Shown piece after piece: positions 1 through 11,066 of a stretch of DNA of 64,000 nucleotides (its first letter is position 1; each line of letters starts with the position of its first letter). A program made the position numbers and the translations under genes. The stretch lies in NCBI GenBank assembly GCA_052390235.1, contig JBQTHB010000002.1, positions 64,001 through 128,000 of the forward strand, in the 5' to 3' direction. The notes under the pieces were generated by a model. That model had not been told where the DNA came from, made no database searches, and was given only the letters and a program-made list of their open reading frames with translations. The stretch comes from Deltaproteobacteria bacterium (GTDB lineage: Bacteria; Desulfobacterota_D; UBA1144; Nemesobacterales; CSP1-2).

Positions 1-141
1 ACGTCGGTCGGCTACGGGGCGAGTTTTAGGGGGATTGCCCCGCTTCTTGCGATGCTCAACGCCTGCGCGCCGGGGGTTGTCGTCGTCAACATTGACAACG
101 GATTCGGCGCGGGATACTTCGCTTCGGTGATAAATAGCTAA
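1..141 (+). CDS. larB: 3' end of nickel-pincer cofactor biosynthesis protein LarB (PurE-like), truncated by window edge
   Basis: Frame 1 reads [46 protein letters not shown], the characteristic LarB C-terminus; lies upstream of larC. Confidence 0.9.
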   Translation, partial: TSVGYGASFRGIAPLLAMLNACAPGVVVVNIDNGFGAGYFASVINS

Positions 142-153
142 TTTAACCGCCTC

Positions 154-576
154 TGTCATTGTGAAGGCACAGAGGAATCTTATTGCCTTTCGACTCCGCT
201 CAGGGTGAAGATTTCTCGCTATTGCTCGAAATGACACAGTGGGGGGCGAAAAGGAAAAATGACACAGTGGGGGACGTGCCGTTCCCAAAGCCATAACTTC
301 TGTCATTTCCGCAAGCCTTCAGAGCGGGAATCCAATTCCTCTTCGCCCTGAGCGCTTCGACTAAGCTCAGCATAAACTACGTCGAAGGGAGCGGAGTCAA
401 GCTCTGGATTCCCACTTTCGTGAGAATGACATACGAAGCTCCCGCTCGGTATGAAGCGTCTCCACCTCTCACCTTCTGTCATTCCGAACGCCCAGAGAGG
501 AATCTTATTCAGGATTTCTCAGTCGCTACCGCACTCCATCGAAATGACAACCGGGGGGGCAAGAGGAGAAATGACA
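154..576. repeat. Cluster of palindromic TGTCATT...AATGACA REP/MITE-like elements
   Basis: Units at 154-236, 301-431 and 477-549 bounded by TGTCATT/AATGACA with internal GGAATC/GATT(T/C)C palindromes; extra AAATGACA at 257-264 and 569-576. Confidence 0.85.
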
Positions 577-653
577 CAGGCAGGCAGGGTTTCGAGATAT
601 GACTTTTAATTACCGTTTTATTCGCATCTTCGTATTTTGGCGGCGCATATAAA

Positions 654-1841
654 ATGACTAAAATTGCGTATTTTGACTGCTCATCCGGCGTTTCGGGCGA
701 TATGATTGTCGGCGCTCTGCTCGATGCGGGGTGCGATTTCGGCTTGCTACTCTCGGAGCTTGCAAAGCTCAATATTGCGGATTACTCGATGCGCTCGGAG
801 AAAGTGTTGAGGGGCGGCATCTCGGCTACGAAATTCACCGTTATCGGGGGCGAGAAGTCCCCTCCGCGCCGGACTCTTCGGGACATTTACTCAATTATTG
901 ATGCCTCGGCGATTGAAGGCGCGATTAAATCCGAAGCCAAGCGGATATTTCTATCCATAGCCGAGGCTGAGGCAAAGATTCACGCCAAATCTGCAGGTGA
1001 GATTCATTTCCACGAAATCGGCGCGGTTGACACGATAATTGACATTGCAGGCGCGCTCTTGGGGCTTAAAATCCTCGGCGTCCGGCGGGTATTCTGCTCA
1101 AGCGTGAATCTAGGAAGCGGCTTTGTCGAGTTCTCCCACGGCAGATTCCCCGTGCCTGCCCCGGCAACGGTGGAAATTCTGAAAAATATCCCGGTCTATT
1201 CGACTGATTCTCAATACGAGCTTGCGACCCCGACGGGCGCGGCTGTGATTGCGGTTTTGGCTGAGCGCTTTGGCGGCATTCCCCGGATGAAAATTGAGGC
1301 TGCGGGCTACGGGGCAGGCGCGAGGGATTTGCCCGCTCCGAATGCGCTTCGGGTGTTCATTGGCGAGGCGATGGATGAATTTGCCCCGGATGCGGGAGTG
1401 GTTTCGGTTATCGAGAGCAATATTGACGATATGAACCCGGAGATTTACGATTACGCTATGGGGCGGCTCTTCGATGAGGGCGCGCTTGATGTATATCTCA
1501 CGAATATATTTATGAAAAAGAATCGCCCCGCCGTGAAGTTGACCGTAATTTCCGCGCCTGAGTATCGGGATAAATTGATTGAAATTCTATTCCGCGAGAC
1601 GACCACCATCGGCGTAAGATGGCGCGATGAGAAGAGGGGTACTCTCCAGCGCGAGGTGATTGTGGCAAACACCGAGTTCGGAGCGGTGAGGGTCAAGGTG
1701 GCGCGTCTCGGGCAGGCGATTGTCAACGCCGCCCCCGAATACGAGGATTGCAGAAAAATCGCCGAGGCAAGAGGCGTTTCGCTGAAACTGGTATATAATT
1801 TAGCCTCGCAGGCGGCGGCAAAATTCATCGCCCGCGGATGA
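654..1841 (+). CDS. larC: Nickel-pincer cofactor nickel insertase LarC
   Basis: YFDCSSGVSGDM N-terminus, IHFHEIGAVD, HGRFPVPAPAT, TPTGAA, ETTTIGVR, PEYEDC. Confidence 0.93.
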   Translation: MTKIAYFDCSSGVSGDMIVGALLDAGCDFGLLLSELAKLNIADYSMRSEKVLRGGISATKFTVIGGEKSPPRRTLRDIYSIIDASAIEGAIKSEAKRIFLSIAEAEAKIHAKSAGEIHFHEIGAVDTIIDIAGALLGLKILGVRRVFCSSVNLGSGFVEFSHGRFPVPAPATVEILKNIPVYSTDSQYELATPTGAAVIAVLAERFGGIPRMKIEAAGYGAGARDLPAPNALRVFIGEAMDEFAPDAGVVSVIESNIDDMNPEIYDYAMGRLFDEGALDVYLTNIFMKKNRPAVKLTVISAPEYRDKLIEILFRETTTIGVRWRDEKRGTLQREVIVANTEFGAVRVKVARLGQAIVNAAPEYEDCRKIAEARGVSLKLVYNLASQAAAKFIARG

Positions 1842-1845
1842 ACGG

Positions 1846-3567
1846 ATGATAATTCTCGGACTCAACGCATATCACGGGGACTCCTCGGCGTGTCTCGTCG
1901 CCGATGGAAAGCTCATTGCCGCCATCGAAGAGGAGCGTATTAGGCGCGTAAAGCACTGGGCTGGGCTCCCTACGGAGTCCGTGGCGTGGTGTCTTGGCTA
2001 TGCGGGAATTGATATTCGGGACGTTGACTATATTGCGATTTCTAAAAACCCCTCGGCTCATCTGCGCAAAAAACTGCTCCGAGTCCTGACGAAAACCCCA
2101 AGCCTCAATTTTCTTCGAGGCAGGCTTCAGAACGTCTCCAAAGTGAGGGATGTTAAAACCTCCATCGCCGAGGCATTATCAATTTCCCCCTCGCAAATCA
2201 GGGCAAAGCTCGAGAACGTCGAGCATCACAGGGCGCACCTGGCAAGCGCATTTTTTGTGTCCCCCTTCGACGATGCGGCGGCGGCGTCCGTTGACGGCTT
2301 CGGGGATTTTCTAAGCGCGATGAGAGGCATCGGCAGAGGGGGGAGAATTGACGTAATGGACGGAGTGGAGTTCCCTCACTCGCTTGGGATATTCTACACG
2401 GCATTCACGCAGTTTTTGGGATTCCCTAAGTACGGCGACGAGTATAAAATCATGGGGCTGTCCGCGCTCGGCGAGCCTGAGTATCTGGACAGTATGAGGC
2501 GGGTGGTCAAACTAAAGAAAAACGGTCTATTTGAGCTTGACCCGTCTTATTTTCTCCACGACAAAGAGGGCGTTGAGATGATTTGGGAGAACTCCGAGCC
2601 TGCGGTTGGGAGGCTCTATTCCGATAAATTATCCGAGCTTTTCGGAGCGCCGCGCGGGAAGGACGGAGACATCGGCGAGCGTCATAAGAATATTGCGGCT
2701 TCCGTTCAGGCGATGTACGAGGAGGCGTTTTTTCATCTTTTGCGAGACTTGCACGCGAAAACCGGTTTGCAGAGCCTAGCCCTTGCCGGAGGGTGTATTC
2801 AAAACTCCCTTGCAAACGGGAAAATATTCGCCGAGACCCCCTTTCAGCAGGTCTATATCCCCCCTGCGGCTTACGACGGCGGAACGTCGGTCGGGGCGGC
2901 TTTTTGGCTCTGGAACTCTATACTCAAAAACGGGCGCAGTTTTATAATGGACTCTCCGTACTGGGGGCCAGAGTTCTCCGACGCCCAAATCGAGCGCGCA
3001 ATGGCGGATGCCGGAGTCCACTTCCAGAAACTCACCGAAGACGCGCTCCTGCGCAAAACCGCCGCCGCTATCGCCGATGGGAAAATCGTCGGCTGGTTTC
3101 AGGGCAGAAGCGAGTGGGGCCCCAGAGCGCTGGGAAACCGGAGCATCGTCGTTGACCCAAGAAAAGCGCAGATGAAGGACATACTAAACGAGAGGATAAA
3201 GAGGCGAGAGAACTTCCGCCCATTTGCCCCGTCCGTGCTGGAGGAGCGCGCCCCGGAGTGGTTCGAGAATTCTCACCCCGTGCCGTTCATGGAAAAGGTC
3301 TATGGGATTCGTCCGCAGATGCGTAAATTTATCCCGGCTGTGGTTCACGCCGACGGCACAGGGCGGCTTCAGACCGTGTCGCGGCAGATGAATCCTAAAT
3401 ACTACCGGCTGATAGAGGAATTCTATAGGCTCACGAAAGTTCCCATGGCACTCAATACGTCATTCAACGAGAACGAGCCGATGGTAAACACCCCGGCTGA
3501 GGCGATACGCTGCTTCCTCAGAACTAAGATGGATGTGCTTGCGATAGGCGATTATTATGTTAAATGA
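1846..3567 (+). CDS. Carbamoyltransferase, NodU/CmcH/TobZ family
   Basis: HGDSSACL, EEERIRRVKH, HHRAHLASAF, DGFGD, EWGPRALGNRSI, FRPFAPS, NTSFN. Confidence 0.93.
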   Translation: MIILGLNAYHGDSSACLVADGKLIAAIEEERIRRVKHWAGLPTESVAWCLGYAGIDIRDVDYIAISKNPSAHLRKKLLRVLTKTPSLNFLRGRLQNVSKVRDVKTSIAEALSISPSQIRAKLENVEHHRAHLASAFFVSPFDDAAAASVDGFGDFLSAMRGIGRGGRIDVMDGVEFPHSLGIFYTAFTQFLGFPKYGDEYKIMGLSALGEPEYLDSMRRVVKLKKNGLFELDPSYFLHDKEGVEMIWENSEPAVGRLYSDKLSELFGAPRGKDGDIGERHKNIAASVQAMYEEAFFHLLRDLHAKTGLQSLALAGGCIQNSLANGKIFAETPFQQVYIPPAAYDGGTSVGAAFWLWNSILKNGRSFIMDSPYWGPEFSDAQIERAMADAGVHFQKLTEDALLRKTAAAIADGKIVGWFQGRSEWGPRALGNRSIVVDPRKAQMKDILNERIKRRENFRPFAPSVLEERAPEWFENSHPVPFMEKVYGIRPQMRKFIPAVVHADGTGRLQTVSRQMNPKYYRLIEEFYRLTKVPMALNTSFNENEPMVNTPAEAIRCFLRTKMDVLAIGDYYVK

Positions 3568-3632
3568 CAACCTCGGATGCGCCATTGCGGGGGAGTATCC
3601 CGAATGAACACTGAGGTAAGCAGAGCGGCTAG

Positions 3633-3856
3633 TGTCATTCCGAACGCAGTGAGGAATCCTCTTTGAGATTTCTCGCTACACTCGAAATGACAGGGGCTAG
3701 GGGCGAATGGGCAAAACGACAGGGGGGAGGGCGTCATTCCCGCAATTCATCACTCTCTGTCATTCCCGCAAGCCTTCTGAGCGGGAGTCCGTTTCTCTTC
3801 ATAGTGAGTCCTTCGATAAACTCAGGATAAACTCCGTCGAGCTATGGATTCTCGCC
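3633..3856. repeat. Second cluster of TGTCATT...AATGACA palindromic elements
   Basis: Complete short unit 3633-3692; from 3758 a partial copy of the 301-431 element (TGTCATTCCCGCAAGCCTTCTGAGCGGGAGTCC...CTTCGATAAACTCAGGATAAACTCCGTCGA). Confidence 0.8.
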
Positions 3857-3882
3857 ACAAAACTTGGCATAGAAATTAGGCT

Positions 3883-4640
<758 letters not shown>

Positions 4641-4644
<4 letters not shown>

Positions 4645-5684
4645 AAAAAGCCCTCATCACAGGCATCACCGGACAGGACGGCTCGTATCTTGCCGAGCTT
4701 CTGCTGTCCAAAAATTACGAGGTGCATGGGCTAATTCGCCGCTCCAGCGCCTTTAACACCGGACGCATTGAACACATATACGTTGACCCGCACGACCCCG
4801 GCGCAAGGCTCTTTCTCCACTACGGAGACCTCGGCGACTCGGGACAGCTCACGAACCTCATCTATAACGTAAAGCCCGATGAAATCTATCACCTCGCCGC
4901 CCAAAGCCATGTGAGAGTGAGCTTCGATATTCCCGAATACAGCGGCGACATCACCGGACTTGCCACGGTGAGAATACTAGAGTCCGTGCGCCGGAGCGGG
5001 ATAAAATGCCGTTTCTATCAGGCTTCGAGTAGCGAGATGTTCGGCGCGTCCCCTCCGCCGCAAGACGAGCAAACCATTTTTCACCCCCGAAGCCCCTACG
5101 CCTGCGCCAAGCTCATGGCCCACTGGACTACGGTCAATTACCGCGACGGCTACGGGATGTTCGCCGTGAGCGGAATCCTCTTTAACCACGAATCCCCGCG
5201 CCGGAGCGAGACCTTCGTTACACGCAAGATTACGCGCGGTATTGCCGCCATCGCCGCCGGACGGCAGAGGCATCTCTATCTTGGGAATCTCGAATCCAAG
5301 AGGGATTGGGGATTCGCCCCGGAATACGTCGAGATGATGTGGAATATGCTTCAGCAGGACTCTCCCCATGATTTCGTCATCGGCACGGGCGAGGCATGGA
5401 GCGTGAGGGAATTTCTGGAGGAGGCTTTCACCTACGCGGGGCTGGATTGGCGGGAGCATATAAAAATTGACCCTAAGTATTTTCGCCCGACTGAGGTTGA
5501 GAGCCTGCTGGCTGATTTTAGCAAGGCTCGGCGGGCGTTCGGATGGGAGCCGCGGGTAAAATTCCGAGACCTAGTGCGGATAATGGTTGACGCGGACATG
5601 AAGAGGGCAAACCTCAAACCCCTCGGCAAGGGGGATGAGATTCTCGCCCGCAAATTCCCTGCCCGCTGGTGGAAGGCGGATTGA
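4641..5684 (+). CDS. gmd: GDP-mannose 4,6-dehydratase
   Basis: [47 protein letters not shown]. Confidence 0.97.
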
Positions 5685-5845
5685 TTCGCGGCGCGCGGGT
5701 CTGGTATTCTCCGCAATAGGGATTTAAATCGAGATGTTTCTGCGCCGATGCCCCGGAATGGCAAATAGAGCGCCGCATATTGCACCGCGCATCATGAATT
5801 GCGCATAGGCTCTCCGGGGCAAATAGAGATGTTGAAAGGGGATTT

Positions 5846-6799
5846 ATGGCTACAGCGCTTACAAATAAACGCGTCCTAGTAACCGGAGGAGCGGGATTCC
5901 TCGGCTCTTTCGTCGTCGAATCGCTCATTCGGCGGGGGGTTAAGCCCGAGCATATAAGAGTTCCACGAAGCAGGGATTGCGATTTGCGCCTGCGGGAAAA
6001 CTGCCGAAGGGCCGTCGAGGGGGTGGATGTTGTGATTCATCTCGCGGCGAGAGTGGGCGGCATCGGGTTTAATTTAAAGTATCCGGCGTCGCTTTTCTAC
6101 GACAACGCCATCATCGGCATAGAACTGATGGAGGCCTCGCGCCTCGCCGGAGCGGAGAAATTCGTCGCCGTAGGGACTGTGTGCGGCTATCCGAAGTTTA
6201 GCCCAGTCCCGTTTTCGGAGGACGATTTCTGGGACGGCTATCCGGAGGAGACAAACGCCCCCTACGGGCTTGCCAAGAAAATGCTCCTCGTGCAGGCGCA
6301 ATCCTATCGTAAGCAGTACGGCTTTAACGCGGTGTATCTCGTGCCTGTCAACCTCTATGGTCCGCGAGACCACTTCGACCCCGAAGATGCCCATGTCATC
6401 CCCGCGCTGATTCTCAAATTCTCGGAGGCAAAGAGTCGGGGGGCAAAGAGCGTTACGGCTTGGGGAACAGGCTCTGCGTCCCGCGAATTCCTCTATGTTG
6501 AGGACGCCGCTGAGGGGATTATTCTCGCCGCTGAGAGATACGAGGGGAGCGAACCTGTAAATATCGGCTCAGGCGCGGAGATTTTAATACGGGATTTAGT
6601 CTATTTAATTCGCAATACCGTTGGCTACGAGGGCGAAGTCCTCTGGGACGCTTCCAAGCCCGATGGCCAGCCCAAGAGGATGCTCGATGTGTCGCGGGCA
6701 AAGAGAGACTTTGGCTTTGAGGCGAAAACCCCTTTTAGCGAGGGGCTTCGGAGGACAATTGATTGGTATAGAGAGAATTCAATCCGCCATGGACTCTAA
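5846..6799 (+). CDS. fcl: GDP-L-fucose synthase
   Basis: [46 protein letters not shown]; follows gmd. Confidence 0.93.
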   Translation: MATALTNKRVLVTGGAGFLGSFVVESLIRRGVKPEHIRVPRSRDCDLRLRENCRRAVEGVDVVIHLAARVGGIGFNLKYPASLFYDNAIIGIELMEASRLAGAEKFVAVGTVCGYPKFSPVPFSEDDFWDGYPEETNAPYGLAKKMLLVQAQSYRKQYGFNAVYLVPVNLYGPRDHFDPEDAHVIPALILKFSEAKSRGAKSVTAWGTGSASREFLYVEDAAEGIILAAERYEGSEPVNIGSGAEILIRDLVYLIRNTVGYEGEVLWDASKPDGQPKRMLDVSRAKRDFGFEAKTPFSEGLRRTIDWYRENSIRHGL

Positions 6800-7421
6800 T
6801 ACTGATACTGCGCTGAAGCGTCCGTTTGATATTGCCCTCTCTCTTGCGGGGATAGCTCTCTCGCTTCCGCTGTGGGTGCTCATTGCCGCCGCCGTGAAGA
6901 TAGAAGACGGGGGCCCCGTGTTTTATCGCTCCAAGCGGGTAGGGCGCGGGGGGAGGGTTTTTGAGACGTTTAAATTTCGCTCGATGATAGCCGATTCTGA
7001 CAGTATATTTGGCCCCGCCCAGGCCCGAGAAGGCGATAAGCGCATCACTAGGACGGGCAGGATTCTAAGGGCAACTGCGATGGACGAGCTTCCACAGCTC
7101 ATCAATATTCTAAGAGGGGATATGAGTTTCGTGGGGCCCAGAGCGCTGATGCCCGCTGAAATTGAGATTCAGGGGGCGGATTCGGATAGAGCCGCGCCGC
7201 TTTCGGAAATTCCTGGCTACGCCGAGCGCCACTCGGTACGACCTGGGCTTACGGGTATAGCTCAGATTTACGCGCCGAGGGATATATCTCGCCGCAATAA
7301 ATTCCGCTACGACCTCGTCTATATACGCCGCCCCAGCTTCGCACTCGACCTTAGGCTGATAGCGCTTTCGTTTTGGATAACCTTTAGGGGCAAGTGGGAG
7401 TCGAGAGGGAGGAAATTCTGA
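6789..7421 (+). CDS. Bacterial sugar transferase (polyprenyl-phosphate phosphoglycosyl transferase)
   Basis: [44 protein letters not shown] 6789 overlapping fcl end chosen as start. Confidence 0.88.
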   Translation: MDSNTDTALKRPFDIALSLAGIALSLPLWVLIAAAVKIEDGGPVFYRSKRVGRGGRVFETFKFRSMIADSDSIFGPAQAREGDKRITRTGRILRATAMDELPQLINILRGDMSFVGPRALMPAEIEIQGADSDRAAPLSEIPGYAERHSVRPGLTGIAQIYAPRDISRRNKFRYDLVYIRRPSFALDLRLIALSFWITFRGKWESRGRKF

Positions 7422-8602
7422 TGATAAAAGCGGGCGTCGGCTCATCCAAGAATAAAAATTCGCGCATTGCGGCGGAGGAAGCGGCGCGGGAGGCTCTCGT
7501 AAATGCCGGGATTGCCAGAGCAGCATGGGGACTTGTATTCGCCACATTTCCGCACCGCGATTCCTACGGCGAGATATTAAATTCCGTATCGGACACTCTC
7601 GGCTCTCTTAACGTCGCCGGCTGCAGCGCGATAGGCGTAATTGCGGGAAGCCGGGAAATCGAGGCTGAGGAGGCTGTGGCTGTGCTTGCGGTCTCATCAG
7701 AGGGCGTAATGGCAAATTCATTTCTCATAAATGACTCAGGCGACGGCGGTCTTAGCGCGGGAGTCGCAATTGCACATCGCGCATCTGCGGGCGTATCGCC
7801 CAATTCGCTCATTGCGCTATTTCCCGACCCCTTTGTGATTCATCCCGAATTCCTCCTGCGAGGGGTCGAATCCCGCCTTGGGGACGTAGCTATAGTGGGA
7901 GCGTCGGCGTCCGAGCATCCTCACTTTGACAGCTCTTATCAGTTCGGCGCAGGCAGCGTGGCATCCGGCGCGGTTTCGGGGATTATTTTAGAGGGCGCCC
8001 TCTCGTATAAAATCGGGATAACTCAAGGGTGTCAGCCCGTGGGCCCTCCCTGCAAGATAACCAAAGCCGACGGCAATATCATATTTGAACTCGACGGGCT
8101 TTCCGCCTTCGATGTGTTGAAGAGTAAAGTTCCCTCCGCGCTCCTCGATAATCCAAACGAACTGCTGAGCTTGGTGTTCGCCGGATTTCCCATAAATCCC
8201 GAAGGTAGAATTGCTGGCGGGGATTATCTCGTGCGAAACCTCATAGGCGTAAATCCAGCCAGCGGCATCGTAGGGGTTGCCGAAAACGTGCGCGAGGGGC
8301 AGATGATAACCTTCGCGCTCAGACACCCCGCGATGGCTAGGGAAGACCTCAAGCAGATGCTTGGGCGGATTGCGGGCGGCGGGAGCGCGGGGGCAAGACC
8401 CGCATTCGGGCTTTATTTTAACTGCTCCGGCAGAGGGTCTTCGCTCTACGGTCATTCGGGGATTGACACCGCATACATAGCCAATGCAATTGGGGATGTG
8501 CCTATCATCGGCTTCTTCGGAAACTCGGAATTCGCCCCGTTTGGGGGAGAGAACAGGGTTTTTACCTACACCGGCGTGCTTGCGCTAATTTACGATACAT
8601 GA
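7421..8602 (+). CDS. FIST (N+C) sensory-domain protein
   Basis: GCSAIG, TQGCQPVG, YLVRNLIG, YFNCSGRG, GFFGNSE; ATG overlaps upstream TGA. Confidence 0.85.
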   Translation: MIKAGVGSSKNKNSRIAAEEAAREALVNAGIARAAWGLVFATFPHRDSYGEILNSVSDTLGSLNVAGCSAIGVIAGSREIEAEEAVAVLAVSSEGVMANSFLINDSGDGGLSAGVAIAHRASAGVSPNSLIALFPDPFVIHPEFLLRGVESRLGDVAIVGASASEHPHFDSSYQFGAGSVASGAVSGIILEGALSYKIGITQGCQPVGPPCKITKADGNIIFELDGLSAFDVLKSKVPSALLDNPNELLSLVFAGFPINPEGRIAGGDYLVRNLIGVNPASGIVGVAENVREGQMITFALRHPAMAREDLKQMLGRIAGGGSAGARPAFGLYFNCSGRGSSLYGHSGIDTAYIANAIGDVPIIGFFGNSEFAPFGGENRVFTYTGVLALIYDT

Positions 8603-8686
8603 TACGCGCATCGCTCTGGCAGGCTCAGGACGCATGGTTAATACCCTAGGCTAAATGGGGGGCGAATATTAAGGGGTCGAATCGGG

Positions 8687-9307
8687 ATGAATCTAATTTT
8701 GGTGCGGCACGGCGAGACGGAATGGAACAGGCTCAGCAGGTGCCAGGGGTTTTCCGACGTGGAACTCAACGACACGGGCAGGCTTCAGGCCCAGGCTCTT
8801 GCCTCCTCTCTGAGGGGCGAGACGATAGCCGCCGTCTATTCGAGTGACCTCATTAGGGCGATGGATACTGCCCGCGCTACTGCGCAGTATCATAATCTCC
8901 CGCTCAACACCGACTCCGACCTCAGAGAGATGAATCAAGGAGACCTCGAAGGGCTTACGTTTGTCGAAATCAAAGAGCGCTACGCCGAGCTTCTCGATGC
9001 GTGGAGGAAAAATCCCGAATCCGTAAACCTCCCCGGCGGCGAATCCCTCGGCGAGGTGCAGGCAAGGGCGTGGAGGGCTATCTCGAAAATCTATCAAAAA
9101 CACCCCCGCCAAACAGTTATCGCCGTGAGCCACAATTTCACCATCATGACGCTTCTGTGCAAATTCACGGGCGTGGGAATTGACGCTTTTGGGACTTTTA
9201 AACTCGCCGCGGCGTCGAAAACCGTGGTTGATTTTCAAAATGGCGGCTACAAAGTAGAAATTATCAACGACGTCGAACACCTAAAAACCGCCTCCATTGC
9301 CCGATAA
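8687..9307 (+). CDS. Histidine phosphatase family protein (CobC/PGM-like)
   Basis: LVRHGETEWN, YSSDLIRA, PGGES, VSH. Confidence 0.88.
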   Translation: MNLILVRHGETEWNRLSRCQGFSDVELNDTGRLQAQALASSLRGETIAAVYSSDLIRAMDTARATAQYHNLPLNTDSDLREMNQGDLEGLTFVEIKERYAELLDAWRKNPESVNLPGGESLGEVQARAWRAISKIYQKHPRQTVIAVSHNFTIMTLLCKFTGVGIDAFGTFKLAAASKTVVDFQNGGYKVEIINDVEHLKTASIAR

Positions 9308-9349
9308 TCCGCCGGCTGCGTACCTATGGCTCCGGCAGAATTTGCGGGT

Positions 9350-9378
9350 TTGTAAGTTCAGCGATTGTGTTGTAACTT
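9350..9378 (+). promoter_or_regulatory. Putative sigma70 promoter of argS, abutting start codon
   Basis: TTGTAA-17 nt-TAACTT, 7 nt before ATG 9386, no SD. Confidence 0.5.
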
Positions 9379-9385
9379 TTTGTAA

Positions 9386-11062
9386 ATGAAATCGGATATT
9401 CAAAAAGCCCTCGCCCGCTCGCTCGAATCCCTTAAATTGCAATTCCCCTCGATAGCCGTAACCCCTGATGAGATAGAAATTGAAATCCCGAAGAGGAGGG
9501 AATTCGGGGATTTTTCCTCGAATATCGCCCTCGCGCTCGCCAAGAGCATTGGGCAGAGGCCCCGCGAGCTTGCCGAACTGATAATAAAAAACCTGCCTCA
9601 AAACGGCGCTCCCCTCTTCAAAAAAACCGAGATAGCCGGGGCGGGATTTATAAATTTCCACGTTAGCGAGTCGGCTCTCGCCCAAAAACTCACGCAAATC
9701 GAGGCTCTCGGCGCGGATTTCGGCAAATCTGACTTCGGCGGCGGCAAGAGAATTCTCGTTGAGTTCGTGAGCGCGAACCCCACCGGCTACCTGCACATTG
9801 GACACGCCAGAAACGCCGCCGTGGGTGATGCGGTCTCTAACATCCTCGCCGCCGCAGGGTTTGGCGTTACCAGAGAATTCTACATAAACGACGCCGGACG
9901 GCAGATGGAGATGCTAGGGCTATCGGTTTTCACGCGCTACTCGGAGCTTTGCGGTATAGAGCGAGCGATGCCCGAAGACGGCTATCAGGGCGACTACGTG
10001 AGGGAAATCGCCGAGGAAATCCATGGGGAGAGGGGAGATGCCCTCATTGCCGAAGGCGAGGTAGCCGCGGTTTCTCTCTGCAGGGAATTTGCCCGCAGGA
10101 GGTTAATTGCGCAAATCGAGCTTGATTTGGCGGATTTTGGCGTCCGGTTTGACGAGTGGTACGGCGAGTCCGAGCGAATTCACAAACCCTTGGCTGGCGG
10201 GGCGAATAAGCTAGACGGGGCAGTGTCCCAGCTCGATACACGGGGCGCGCTCGAGAGAAGGGACGAAGCGCTGTGGTTCAAAGCCACAGACTTTGGCGAC
10301 ACTCAGGACTGGGTTCTCGTGAAGCGAGACGCAAGCCCCACCTATTTCCTTGCCGATATTGCCTATCACGCCGATAAAATGCGCCGCCCTTTTGATGGTC
10401 TCGTCAACGTTTGGGGCGCTGACCATCATAGCCACGTCGGACGCCTTAAGGCGGCAATGCGGGCTTTGGGATTCCACCACGACGCGCTTCGGGTTCTCCT
10501 CATTCAATTTGTAAGGCTCATACGCGACGGGCGGGAGGTCGCCATGTCCAAGCGCGCGGGAAGCTACGTTACGCTCCGCGAGGTTATACGCGAGGTCGGG
10601 CGCGATGTGATGCGGTTTTTCCTCCTCATGCGAAGCTCGGACGCTCATCTGGATTTTGACCTCGATTTGGCAAAGCGGGAGTCGAGCGAAAATCCCGTTT
10701 ATTACGTCCAGTACGCCCATGCAAGGGTTGGGAGCATTTTCGAGAAATCATCCGAGCGGGGGCTTGCCCCGTCAATGCGGCATCTCCATCTCCTCACGCT
10801 TCCTGAGGAGGTAAATCTGATTAAGAAGCTCATTTCCTTCCCTGAGACGGTCGCCGAGAGCGCGCAGATGCTCGCCCCTCACAGGATTGCGTTCTATCTT
10901 CAGGATGTCGCCTCGGATTTCCATGTGTATTACGCGAAAAATAGAATTGTGGGCGAGGACGCCGAGCTGGCCTCAGCGCGCCTGTATTTTATTGATTGCA
11001 TTCGGACGGTTATTAAAAATGGGCTAAAGCTCTTGGGAGTGTCCGCGCCGGAGAGGATGTGA
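9386..11062 (+). CDS. argS: Arginine--tRNA ligase
   Basis: VEFVSANPTGYLHIGHAR, WGADHH, MSKRAG, NPVYYVQYAHAR, terminal APERM. Confidence 0.97.
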   Translation: MKSDIQKALARSLESLKLQFPSIAVTPDEIEIEIPKRREFGDFSSNIALALAKSIGQRPRELAELIIKNLPQNGAPLFKKTEIAGAGFINFHVSESALAQKLTQIEALGADFGKSDFGGGKRILVEFVSANPTGYLHIGHARNAAVGDAVSNILAAAGFGVTREFYINDAGRQMEMLGLSVFTRYSELCGIERAMPEDGYQGDYVREIAEEIHGERGDALIAEGEVAAVSLCREFARRRLIAQIELDLADFGVRFDEWYGESERIHKPLAGGANKLDGAVSQLDTRGALERRDEALWFKATDFGDTQDWVLVKRDASPTYFLADIAYHADKMRRPFDGLVNVWGADHHSHVGRLKAAMRALGFHHDALRVLLIQFVRLIRDGREVAMSKRAGSYVTLREVIREVGRDVMRFFLLMRSSDAHLDFDLDLAKRESSENPVYYVQYAHARVGSIFEKSSERGLAPSMRHLHLLTLPEEVNLIKKLISFPETVAESAQMLAPHRIAFYLQDVASDFHVYYAKNRIVGEDAELASARLYFIDCIRTVIKNGLKLLGVSAPERM

Positions 11063-11066
11063 AGCG

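Noticed and set aside
154..576. CRISPR array
   Set aside because: Units are inverted-repeat elements of varying length, not identical direct repeats with unique spacers; no cas genes
420..602. Short ORFs over the repeat clusters (also 3555-3737, CHSER/CHFEC-type peptides)
   Set aside because: They are translations of the TGTCATT repeats with no independent coding evidence
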